Source: Camelus ferus | Lineage: Eukaryota | Direction of reading: 5' to 3' | DNA: 64,000 nucleotides | Assembly: GCF_009834535.1 (NCBI RefSeq) | Contig: NC_045696.1 | Span: forward strand, 70,186,001-70,250,000 | Shown: positions 13,294-24,871 of the stretch, piece by piece | Numbering within the stretch: the stretch's first letter is position 1 | Layout: each line of letters opens with the position of its first letter | The notes under the pieces: model-generated | Told to the model about the DNA's origin: nothing | The model's database searches: none | Seen by the model: the letters and a program-made list of their open reading frames with translations, nothing else | Program-made: the position numbers and the translations under genes

Positions 13294-14957
13294 GAATTTT
13301 AGGAGGAAGATGGCGGAGTAGAAGGACGCTCGCAGGTCACCCTCTCCCACAAATACACCAAGACCCACATCTACAGACCCACTCAGCCAACCAGAGCACC
13401 TGTGGAACTCCAACAGAACATCGCCCTCTTCAAAAGATAAAGACGCCAAAAATCTGGTAGGAGAAAAGGAAAAAAATAAGAACAAAAGGCAAAGCAGCGC
13501 GGGACGGGTCCCGCGGGGAGGGAGCGGCAAAGGAGGACTGGCGCTCGCTCTCTGGGTCTCCCCTCTCCAACTGAGAGGCCAGTGGGACGGAGGGGGAGCC
13601 TCCGAGGCTCGGATCTGTACAGAGCAGTCCCTTGACTAACAGAACTAAGTTAAACGGGCACAGAGCGTCCCCCCGACACCCAGCCTGAGACGCGGGCCGG
13701 CAGCGGCGGGCTGGGCCAGGCTGCACAAGCCGGGCGGAGGACGGAAGTGGCTGCACAGAGGCAGCCCCGGGGGAACGCAAGGGGCTGCACGCCGTGGCTG
13801 TGGGTGCACAGGGCAGAACAACCTGGGCCCTCCATAAAACAGCAAGGTTGATGTGCTCTCGGGGGAAGGGTGCACACCCCCATCTCTGAGTGTTCGGGGG
13901 GAAGAGAGGCGGGGCTCAGGCACAGCCGCCATATCCTCCGCGCTTAGCACTCAGGCAGGGGGCGGGGGCGAAACCTGCATCCGCACCGAAGGGCTTAGCA
14001 GCCTCAAAGGCCAGACTGAGACTGGCCTGCAGCCCGGGGCAGATAGGATCCTTCCATCCTGGTCCCTCAGAGAACTTGCTCCACAAAGACAAACAAGGAG
14101 CTGGGTTTTGGCTCGGAGCAGGGACAAGTCTGTCCCTCGGTCTTCCCAGAGCCCACCCGCGGAGCGCCGACCAGGGCGGAGTGCGCAGCCGCACAGAGCA
14201 GCGGAGCTACCTGCGGAGCAGGTAGAAGGAGAGCGGCCCCCCCGCCTTTCGGGCAGGAACACAGCCCCTGGCCGAGGTGCTGGGAGGGGGCATGACCCGC
14301 CCTCCTACCTGGCCAGTCTGCAACATCTGACTGCTGCATCCGGAGGGGCAGCGACCCGCCCACCCACAGCAGAGGAGAGCTGCACCTGACCCAGTGTTAG
14401 GAGGAGGCGCTATCTGCTTGCCGACAGGTGCTGGGAGCAGCACAGAAGAGGGCGCCAACGGAGGGCCTCTGAAAACAGCAAGCTGAGCTTCCAAAACAGG
14501 ACGAAGACAGAAAGACTTCACATTAAAAGCACACAGACTCCAGGAGAACACCGACAAACCGCCCCCCCCCCCTTTTTTTTAAATCTGTTTTTACCTGTTC
14601 TATTTTATATTACTCTCTTAATTTTTACTTCTTAATTCATTTCTATTTCTCTTGGGTTTTGATGTCCTGCTATTGATTAGACACAGGTTTCAAATACATC
14701 TATTCATCTCCCCCCCCCCCCTTTTTTGTAAAGGTTTTAAAAGGACGTCTCAACCCGATTAATACTCTGCTTCAACTCACTCGTCTATTATTCATTATAC
14801 ACTGTTTTCAAACCCTCTTTCTCCCTTCTTTTAAAATTCTTTCTATTTTTTTTTCTTTTTTTCCTAAGTTCTATTCCTAAATAGGCATTAGATAGATAAA
14901 ATCCTTAAGGACCAAAATAAACAACTGATACTCCATAAACCACAGTGCCAAAGAGGT
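13294..14957 (+). promoter_or_regulatory. L1 5'UTR internal Pol II promoter; CpG-island-like ~13320-14560; YY1 site 13307-13315
   Basis: AAGATGGCG lies near the 5' end, as in other mammalian L1s. GC/CpG-rich against a very AT-rich background. A pyrimidine/AT-rich tract spans 14560-14900. Confidence 0.85.
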
Positions 14958-15861
14958 ATGAGCAAGATGAAGAAGCAGAAAAACCTTTCCCAATTAAAAG
15001 AACAAGAGAAATCCCCTGAAAGAAAGATCAACGAAATAGACATTGATAGCCTACTAGATCAAGATTTCAAAAAAGGAGTGATCGAATTGCTGAAGGAATT
15101 AAAAGAGATAGTGTTTAGAGATATAAAATATGTCAAAAATGAAATTGAAGCTATAAAGAAGAGCCAAGTAGAATGGGTAAACTCATTGACAGAGATGAGG
15201 AATGATCTAATAGCTGTGCAAAGCCGACTAGATAATGCAGAGGAACGAATTAGTGATCTAGAAGACAGGGCAATAGAAAGCACCCATTCAGAAGAACTAC
15301 AAGATAAGCAAATAAAAAATAATGAAAATAGCATAAGGGACCTATGGGATAATATAAAGCGTCCCAATCTTTGCATAATAGGGGTCCCAGAAGGAGAAGA
15401 AAGATCAAAGGGGATTGAAAAGGTTTTTGAAGAAATCATGACTGAAAACTTCCCAAACTTAAACAAGGAATCAGATATCCAAGTACAGGAAGCTCAGAGG
15501 GTCCCAAACAGGAAGAACCCAAATAGACCCACACCAAGACATATCATAATCAAGATGGCCAGAGTCAAGGATAAAGAAATGATTCTAAAGGCAGCAAGAG
15601 AAAAGCAAAGAGTAAGTTACAAGGGAACCCCCATAAGGCTCTCAGCTGATTTCTCTACACAAACACTACAGGCCAGAAGGGAGTGGCAAGATATATTCAA
15701 AGCCCTGAATGAAAAAAAGATGCAGCCTAGGATCCTTTATCCAGCAAGGCTATCCTTGAGGATAGAAGGAGAAATAAAGAGTTTCACAGACAAAAAAAAA
15801 GCTGCAGGAGTTTAGCAACACTAAACCCATGCTAAAAGAAATATTGAAAGGGCTATTCTAA
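14958..15861 (+). pseudogene. ORF1: L1 ORF1p (coiled coil, RRM, CTD); one +1 frameshift in A9 run 15792-15800
   Basis: Motifs LWDNIKRPNLCIIGVPEGEE, RPTPRHIIIK, ARREW, YPARLS. Removing one A gives ...DKKKLQEFSNTKPMLKEILKGLF* (300 aa; TAA 15859-15861). Confidence 0.95.
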
Positions 15862-16265
15862 ATAGAAAAGCAGCAGGATGCTACAGAAATGAGAAACTCA
15901 CAACTGGAAAGGTGATAACTCATGAATTACAAATAAAGTAAACATGAAATTATAAAAGAAGACATACAAATCACTGAGAGTGGGAGAGGGAGGCAGGGAA
16001 ATATAGAATATCTTTTTCTTTCTTTTTTAAATTTTTTTAACAGTAGGATGGGTTTGAGATCATGTTACTATCAGTTTAATAAAAACAGTTATAGTAATGG
16101 GTTGACAGATTTACAAAAAAGGGTAACCACAAGCCAAAAATTTACAAAGGAGTCACAAAAATTAAATAAAATCCATGATATTACAAAGGAAAATTACCAA
16201 ACCACAAAAGGAAGAAGAAAGGAACAAAGAGGATATACCAATTCAACTGCAAAGATAAGTTCAAA

Positions 16266-19200
16266 ATGGCAATAAACACACATCTATCATTAATTAGTGT
16301 AAATGTTAATGGACTAAATGCTCCAGTCAAAAGACACAGAGTGGCAGACTGGATAATAAAGCAAGAACCTTCAATATGCTGCATACAAGAGACCCACTTT
16401 AGGGAGAAGGACACATATAGATTGAGAGTGAAAGGATAGAAAAGGGATATTCCATGCAAATGGAAAAGCCAAAAAAGCAGGTGTTGCAGTACTGATTTCA
16501 GACAAAATAGACTTTAAAACAAAGGCCATAAAGAAAGATAAAGAAGGACATTTTATAATGATTAAAGGAGTGATACAAGATGAGGATATTACACTCGTTA
16601 ATATATATGCACCCAATATAGGAGCACCTAAGTACATACAAGAATTACTAACAGAGATAAAGGGGGATATTGATGGGAATACAATCATAGTTGGAGATTT
16701 TAACACTGCATTAACATCACTAGACAGATCTTCCAGACAGAAAATAAACAAGGCAACAGAGAAATTAAATACTACAATAGAAAAACTAGATTTGGTGGAT
16801 ATTTTCAGAGCATTACACCCCCCAAAAATAGGATATACATTCTTTTCAAGTGCACATGGAACATTTTCCAGGATCGATCATGTACTTGGGCACAAAAGAA
16901 ACCTCAACAATTTTAAGAAGATAGAAATTATCTCAAGCATCTTTACTGACCACAATGCCATGAAACTGGAAATCAACAACAGAGAAACAAAGGAGAAAAA
17001 GAGGAAAGCATGGAGATTAAACAATATGTTATTGAAAAAACAATGGATCAATGAGGAAATCAAAGCTGAAATTAAAAAATACCTTGAGACAAATGATAAT
17101 GAAAGCACAACCACTCAAAACCTATGGGACACAGCAAAGGCAGTGCTAAGAGGGAAGTTTATAGCGATACAGGCCTTCCTCAAAAAAGAAGAACAATCTC
17201 AAATAAACAATTTAACCCACCACCTGAATGAATTAGAAAAAGAAGAACAAAAAGCCCCAAAAAGCAGCAGAAGGAAGGAAATAATAAAGATCAGAGGGGA
17301 ATTAAATACAATAGAGATTAACAAGACCATAGAAAAAATCAACCAAACCAAAAGCTGGTTTTTTGAAAAAGTAAATAAAATCGACAAACCTCTGGCCAAA
17401 CTCACAAAGAAGAAAAAAGAGAGAGCACAAATTAGCAAAATAAGAAAGGAAAATGGAGAAATTACAACAAACAAAATAGAAATACAGAATATCATATGAG
17501 AATATTATGAAAAACTGTATGGAACCAAACTGGATAACCTAGAGGAGATGGACAAGTTTCTGGAAACATACTGTCCACCAAAACTGAATCAAGAAGAATC
17601 TGAACACTTGAACAATCCGATCACTAGAAAGGAAATAGAAATAGCAATTAAAAACCTCCCTACAAATAAAAGTCCAGGACCGGACGGCTTCACCGGGGAA
17701 TTCTACCAAACATACAAAGAAGAACTCATACCAGTCCTTCTCAAACTCTTCCAGATGATTGAAAAGGAGGGAATACTCCCAAACTCATTCTATGAAGCCA
17801 CCATCACCCTGATACCAAAACCAGGCAAAGACACTACAAAAAAAGAGAATTATAAACCAATATCACTGATGAACATAGACGCCAAAATCCTCACCAAAAT
17901 TTTGGCAAATAGAATCCAACAACACATAAAAAAGATTATACATCATGACCAAGTGGGGTTCATCCCAGGGACACAAGGCTGGTTCAACATACGCAAATCA
18001 ATCAGTGTAATACATCACATCAACAAGAGAAAGGACAAAAACCACATGATCATCTCAATCGATGCAGAAAAAGCATTTGATAAAATTCAACACCCATTTA
18101 TGATAAAAACTCTCGCCAGAGTGGGTATAGAGGGAACATATCTCAACATAATAAAAGCTATATATGACAAACCTACAGCCAGCATAGTACTCAACGGTGA
18201 AAAACTCAAAAGCTTCCCACTAAAATCTGGGACAAGACAAGGATGCCCACTATCACCACTCCTATTCAACATAGTCCTGGAAGTCCTAGCCACAGCAGTC
18301 AGGCAAGAGAAAGAAATAAAAGGGATCCAAATTGGAAAAGAAGAGGTAAAAGTGTCATTATATGCTGATGACATGTTACTATATATAGAAAACCCTAAAA
18401 GGTCCACACAAAAGCTACTAGAGCTGATCGAAGAATTCAGCAAGGTAGCAGGTTACAAAATTAACGTTCAAAAATCAGTTGCATTCCTTTACACTAACGA
18501 TAAATCAACAGAAGAAGAAAGTAAAGAAACAATCCCCTTTAAAATAGCACCCAAAGTAATAAAATATCTGGGAATAAATCTAACCAAGGAGGTGAAAGAA
18601 TTATACACAGAAAACTATAAACCATTGATGAAGGAAATTAAAGAAGACTTTAAAAAATGGAAAGATATTCCATGCTCTTGGATTGGAAGAATCAATATTG
18701 TCAAAATGGTCACACTGCCCAAGGCAATCTACAGATTTAATGCAATCCCTATCCAATTACCCAGGACATATTTCACAGAACTAGAAAAAATCATAATAAA
18801 ATTCATATGGAACCATCAAAGACCTAGAATTGCCAAAGCATTACTGAAGAGAAAGAAAGAGGCTGGAGGAATAACTCTCCCAGACTTCAGACAATACTAT
18901 AGAGCTACAGTCATCAAGACAGCATGGTATTGGTACCAAAACAGACATATAGACCAATGGAACAGAATAGAGAGCCCAGAAATGAACCCACAAACTTTTG
19001 GTCAACTCATCTTTGACAAAGGAGGCAAGAATATACATTGGAATAAAGACAGTCTCTTCAGCAAATGGTGTTGGGAAAACTGGACAGCAGCATGTAAAAC
19101 AATGAAGCTAGAACACTCCCTTACACCATATACAAGAATCAACTCAAAATGGATTAAAGACTTAAACATAAGACAAGATACAATAAACCTCCTAGAGGAA

Positions 19201-20066
19201 AACATAGGCAAAACATTATCTGACATACATTTCAAAAATTTTCTCCTAGAAGAAATAAAAGCAAGAATAAACAAATGGGACCTAATGAAACTTACAAGCT
19301 TCTGCACAGCAAAGGAAACCAGAAATAAAACAAGAAGAAATATCTACGGAATGGGAGAAAATTTTTGCAAGTGAAACCGACAAAGGCTTGATCTCCAGAA
19401 TATATAAGCAGCTCATACGACTCAATAAGAAAAAAATAAACAACCCAATCCAAAAATGGGCAGAAGACCTAAACAAGCAATTCTCCAAGGAAGACATACA
19501 AATGATCAAAAAGCACATGAAGAAATGCTCAATATCACTAATTATCAGAAAAATGCAAATCAAAACTACAACTGAGGTATCACCTCACACCAGTCAGAAT
19601 GGCCGTCATTCAAAAATCCACAAATGACAAATGCTGGAGAGGCTGTGGAGAAAGGGGAACCGTCCTACACTGCTGGTGGGAATGCAGTTTGGTGCAGCCA
19701 CTATGGAAAACAGTATGGAGATTCCTCAAAAGACTAGGAATAGACTTACCATATGACCCAGGAATCCCACTCCTGGGCTTGTATCCAGAAGGAAATCTAC
19801 TTCAGGATGACACCTGCACCCCAATGTTCATAGCAGCACTATTTACAATAGCCAAAACATGGAAACAGCTTAAATGTCCATCAACAGGTGACTGGATAAA
19901 GAAGAGGTGGTATATTTATACAATGGAATACTACTCAGCCATAAAAACCGACAACATAATGCCATTTGCAGCAACATGGATGCTCCTGGAGAATGTCATT
20001 CTAAGTGAAGTAAGCCAGAAAGAGAAAGAAAAATACCATATGAGATCGCTCATATGTGGAATCTAA
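16266..20066 (+). pseudogene. ORF2: L1 ORF2p (APE endonuclease, reverse transcriptase, CCHC); 2 stops and 3 frameshifts
   Basis: Starts MAINTHLSLISVNVNGLN; has [29 protein letters not shown] (18361-18372), CWRGC..HCWWEC. Lesions: TAG 16437-16439, +1 ~16446, TGA 17497-17499, +1 ~19343, +1 ~19572. Confidence 0.95.
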
Positions 20067-20401
20067 AAAACAAAAACAAAAATAAACAAACAAACAAAAA
20101 CAAAGCATAAATAAAGGACAGAAATAGACTCACAGACAGAGAATACAGACTTGTGGTTACCAGGGGGGTGGAGGGTGGGAAGGGATAGACTGGGATTTCA
20201 AAATTGTAGAATAGACTACACTGTATAGCACAGGGACGTATACACAAAATGTTATGATAACTCACAGAGAAAAAAATGTGACAATGAGTGTGTATATGTC
20301 CATGAATAACTGAAAAATTGTGCTGAACACTGGAATTTGACACAACATTGTAAAATGATTATAAATCAATAAAAAATGTTAAAAAAATAAACTGCATATC
20401 A

Positions 20402-20575
20402 AAATATATAAGAACATACTGTGTAGCACAGGGAAATATATTCAATATCTTGTAGTAGTTCATGGTGAAAAAGAATAAAAAATGAATATATGTATATTCA
20501 TGTGTGACTGAGGAATTGTGCTGTACACCAGAAATTGATACAACATTGTAAACTGACTATAGATTAATAAAAAAA
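20402..20575 (+). mobile_element. Older 5'-truncated L1 3'-end stub
   Basis: actgtgtagcacagggaaatatattcaatatc...tgctgtacaccagaaattgatacaacattgtaaactgactat plus an A tail. Related to, but diverged from, 20220-20386. Confidence 0.85.
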
Positions 20576-20959
20576 TTTCATATGTAAGAGCAGATAAAAA
20601 TATTCATAATAAAATATGAAAAGGAAGGTAAGATAACAGATGATCTAACACATATATATGATTAGAAGAATAAATATAATATTAACCATTGTTATTTCTG
20701 GATGTAGGGATAGTGGTGATTTAATTTTTCTTTCTTTTAATTAAATTTCTAAATTATCTATGAAATGTACAAATGTATTACTTTGGGGATAAAATTAAGT
20801 TTTAAAACTTGCTAATTTAATAAATACTATTATTTTAACTTCAAAAAATTTGTTATAGTTTTTTCCCTCTCTAATTTTAAGGGAGATATCAAACATCAAG
20901 GCACAGATGGCCTGGAAATGATTCTGTAATACACTCAGCTGTAGTTGGTAATGTGTCTT

Positions 20960-20962
<3 letters not shown>

Positions 20963-20990
<28 letters not shown>

Positions 20991-21111
20991 TGGTGGGGGA
21001 GGAGGGAATTAGGTCTATTTATTTACTTTTAGAGGAAGTACTGGGGATTGAACCCAGGACCTTGTGCATGCTAAGCATGCGCTCTACCACTTGAGCTACA
21101 CCTTCCCCCCT
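20963..21111 (-). mobile_element. tRNA-Ala-derived SINE (Vic-1-like)
   Basis: Reverse-complement tRNA head (gtactggggattgaacccaggaccttgtgcatgctaagcatgcgctctaccacttgagcta), poly-T, TSD gtaatgtgtcttttc (20948-20962 / 21112-21126). Confidence 0.93.
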
Positions 21112-21292
21112 GTAATGTGTCTTTTCACTAGAGTGAGGGATGCTCATGGCTGGAATAAGCTTTGAGGAGGTGAGAGGGTTTAGGACCAAAAATCTTGAAC
21201 AGAAGGTAGGTAGGGGTATGTTGTATGTGTTTACTTATTTTATTTTGCAAGAAAAATAGAGAAGTGAGGATGACAATAAAAGATTATGAGAT

Positions 21293-21450
21293 AGAAAAAA
21301 AGAGGGGGGAGGATATAGCTCAAACGGTAGAGGGCTTACTTAGCATGCATGAGGTGTTGAGTTCAATCCCTAGTACCTCCTCTAGAAAAATAAATCAATC
21401 AATCAACAAACCTAATAAAATAAAATAAAATAAAATAAATAAAAACAAAA
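21293..21450 (+). mobile_element. tRNA-Ala-derived SINE (Vic-1-like)
   Basis: A/B boxes (tagctcaaacggtag; gttcaatcc), (TAAAA)n tail, TSD aaaagattatgagat (21278-21292 / 21451-21465). Confidence 0.92.
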
Positions 21451-22787
21451 AAAAGATTATGAGATGAGTAGAAAGGAAGCTGAAAGACCCCATCATTGAA
21501 GGCACAACAATCAACCAAGAAGGACAACGGAGATGGGATAATAAGGAAAAGAAGAGATTTGGATAGCTACTATGGGAAATGCAAATAGATATGAATTAAA
21601 TGCCACCAGTCAGCAGTGAGGACCCAACCGAGGAGGCAAAACAAACAATATAGCAGCAGAAAACATGATTAGGGAGGTGCTCTGGACTTGCTCAGTTAAA
21701 GGAAGAAGGGCCAAAAGTTGACAAGGGGTGGAAGAAGTAAGTCTGGGAGGAAGTTAGTCTGGGAGGAAGTGATTGTTGAAATGGCTAATGATGTTTCCAA
21801 GCTGGATAGGGCATAAAGGCAAAGGGGTCAGGGATATAGTTAGTGTGATTACCATGGTAGCTGCTGCCATGTATGACACACAGTAGTGTAATATATGTTT
21901 AAGAGAAAAAAAATAAGGAGGGGGTAAGACAACTAATATAACTTGAGCACCTACTATGTAACAGATTCTCTTGGCACAGATAAATATATCATCTCCATCT
22001 TCTTACTGGCTAGGCTTCTCCTTTGTCTCTAAGCAAATGCTCATGTCCCTCCTTTTCAAAATTTCCCTGTGATTTATCTACTCACTTTCCTGTCCTTTAC
22101 CACTAAACTTCTTGGAAAAACACTATACACTAGGGCTGGCAGAAACTAGGCATGTGTGCCTCTACTCTTCCTCCTACACCCATGGCAGGTACAGCCAGTA
22201 AATGGAGGCACTCTTTCCTACTGATGCACACCATGAACATGTAAAACTGAGTAGCACCTACAAAGGGCCTTCTGTATATATGGTAAGCATTCAATAGCAA
22301 CTCACTAAATGAATAAGCAAATATATACCACACATCAAGGTAGATTTGGGATCACATTTATTATTGTCCTTCTTATTCTGAGGTCTCACTAAAACTTGAT
22401 TACAGTCTATGCAGGTATGATTGAAAAGGAACAAATAATAGAACTTTTTACACTATATCCATGACCTTGTGGAAATGGGTACCTTTGGCTGCTCCTGCTT
22501 AGGGTCATCTATTTGCGTCCAAGTTGCCAAGTTGCAGTCCAGATACAGCATTTTCCAGGCTGACGATGGGTTTGGGGCTTAGGCTTATCTTTTACCTTTC
22601 TTGTCTTTTATGACCCCATTTCTATCCATTTACCCTGTGATCTTCTTAGCACTTTCCTGGGTGTCATCCATTTGCAGCACAAAGGAGGGAAAAAACTGCA
22701 CCATACTCCCTCTTTAAGTACAGAAACCATCTTGTTAAGGTATGGATTTCACTTTGCAAGGAGAATTTGCATGATCTCCAAGTCTGC

Positions 22788-23401
22788 TGTGGCAGACATG
22801 TTCTTAAGGTGGCTCCCGTGATCCCCCACCTGCTAATGTTCACATACCTTTGTGTGATCCCTCTCCTTGAGTATGAGTGACACTTGCTTCTAATCAACAG
22901 AATATAGTAAAGGTGCTGGGATGTATGTGATTACATGACATAATGAGGTGATGATGCTATATAAAACCATAGTGTCTGTCTGGCTGGAGTTTCTCCCTTG
23001 CTAACTGAGAGGAAGCAAGTGGCCAGGTTGGGGAATCCCAGAGGGCTTGCCTTCAAAGTGTGGGTGGTCCCTGTGAGCTGAGGGAAGCCTCTAGCCAATA
23101 GGCAATTAACCAAAAAAACAAAACAAAACAAAAAACCCCAAAATAAAAAACTGAAGCTCTCAGTCCTATAACCACAAGAAACTGAATGTTGTCAATAACT
23201 TCACAAGTTTTCCAGTCAAGCCTCCACATGGGAATCCAACTCTGGCCAACACCTTGACTGAAGACATAGAAGACCATATGGAGAAGGCCCAACCAGGCCA
23301 TGTTCAGCGTCCTGACCCACAGAAATTGAGATAATAAATGTGTTGCTTGAAGCCACTAAGTTTGTGATAATATTGTTATGCAGCAATAGAAAACAAATAC
23401 A
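22788..23401 (+). mobile_element. MLT1E/F-like solo LTR
   Basis: TG...CA ends; cttgcttctaatcaacagaatatag; tgacccacagaaattgagataataaatgtg...gcagcaatagaaaacaaataca. Confidence 0.8.
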
Positions 23402-23878
23402 CCCACAGAACTCAACACCACCCTGACTAGAGACAACTTGGTTAATATTTATAGAGAGCAACTAAAACCCCGAGGTACCTCCGATAAGGATTATAATGGC
23501 ATACTCTAAAACTCCTTTTTATATAAATAAGATCAAGTAACATAATAGAGCAAACATCCTGCCTAATAACTCAAATAAGCACAGTTTATAAACCTAACAC
23601 TTTGTTAGTGATAGTCACAATCAGCAGCAATGATCATACATAGTGCTTTACTAGTTGGTAAGGAGAATTATGAAAAATACAGAAGATACAGCCTTTGCCT
23701 TCTAAGATCCTTTGTTTTCTAGAAGTCTTATCTATGTCATCTGGGAGTTTCTTTATATAAAGTCTTATTTCTGACTATGTTTCTAAAATAGTCAAAGCGA
23801 GAGGCATAGACAAGGTACGCAGAGCAGCTTGTAGGCGGCATGGAAAACTGCAGAAGGGGAGCGTGAGTGAGTTGGTTC

Positions 23879-24830
23879 TGTATTGCGGCATAAGAAATTG
23901 CCCCAAACCTAGCAGCTTAAAACAACAAACCTTTATTATCTCACATGGTTTCTGAAGGTCAGGGAGCAGCTTAGGTGGGTGGTTCTGGTTCAGGGTCTCT
24001 CATGAAGTTTCAGTTGAGCTGTTGCCCAGGGATGCAGTCATCTGAAAGCTTGCCTGGGTCTTGAGGAACAAAAGTTGACCCTTGTACAGCACGGGTTTGA
24101 ACTGTGGGGGTCCACTTACATGTGGCTTTTTAAAAATAGTAAATATTATAGTAATACATGTTCTGCGGTTGGATGAATCCCTAGATGTGGCACCGCGGAT
24201 ACGGAGGAACCTCGACTACAGAGAGTTGACTGTAAGCTACCCGTGGATTTTTGGCTGTGCAGAGGGTCGATGCCTGCCCCTCACCCTCTTCCCGCACTGT
24301 TCAAGGGTCAGTTGTACTTCCAAGACTGTTCACTCACAAAGCTGTTTGCAGGAGGCCTCAGTTCCTGAACAACAGGAATTTGGGTGTCCTCATGACAAGG
24401 CAGCTGGCTTCTCCCACAGCAAATTATCAAGAGCAAGTAAAAAGCTGCAGTGTTTTTTATGACCTAGTTCAGGGATTAGCAAACTTTCTTAAAGGGCTAG
24501 GTAGTAAATACCTTGGGCTTGCATGCCAGAGTATTGTGACTACTTCCTTCAGTTGTTTCAGGGCAAACAATATTTTAGCTACATACAATATGTAAACAAA
24601 TGGGCATGTCCCAATACAAGTATATTTATAAAAACAGGTGGCCAGCCCACATACTATAGTTTGCTAATCCCTGACCTGGTCTCCAAAGCTGCATGCCCTC
24701 ATTTTCCCTTTATTTGTTCATCAGAAGCAAGTCATCAGGGCCCAGCCCACACTCAAGGGGAGAGGAATTAGGCTCTAATTCCTGAAGGGAAGAATAAGAG
24801 AATTTCTGGACATATCTTAAAATTATCACA
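23879..24830 (-). mobile_element. MLT1-family LTR interrupted by two DNA-transposon MITEs
   Basis: ccccaaacctagcagcttaaaacaacaaacctttattatctcac...cccagcccacactcaaggggagagg. Inserts at 24072-24314 and ~24470-24675 (MER58-like). Confidence 0.7.
24072..24314 (+). mobile_element. Tigger2-related MITE (TcMar)
   Basis: TIRs agttgacccttgtacagc / tgttcaagggtcagttg, followed by TA. Confidence 0.8.
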
Positions 24831-24871
24831 ATGTGCTTAACACATAGTAAGCAGAATACAGGTTAAATATC

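Larger units (their letters stand above)
13294..20386 (+). mobile_element. Full-length young LINE-1 (~7.1 kb), coding-defective as assembled
   Basis: Perfect 15-bp TSD ataaactgcatatca (13279-13293 / 20387-20401). Order is 5'UTR, ORF1, spacer, ORF2, G-rich 3'UTR, AATAAA (20368-20373), short A tail. Confidence 0.98.

Noticed and set aside
13853..14389. 178-aa ORF and other overlapping ORFs on both strands of the L1 5'UTR (possible ORF0 analogue)
   Set aside because: The ones checked start at non-ATG codons, GC-rich DNA is depleted of stop codons, and no domain is recognisable.
15059..19563. Minus-strand ORFs opposite L1 ORF1/ORF2 (also 48497-49039)
   Set aside because: Antisense shadows of A-rich L1 coding sequence (F/L/S/I-rich), a common artefact.
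20402..20575. 3' transduction carried by the full-length L1
   Set aside because: It lies outside the perfect TSD and is itself an older L1 3' end.
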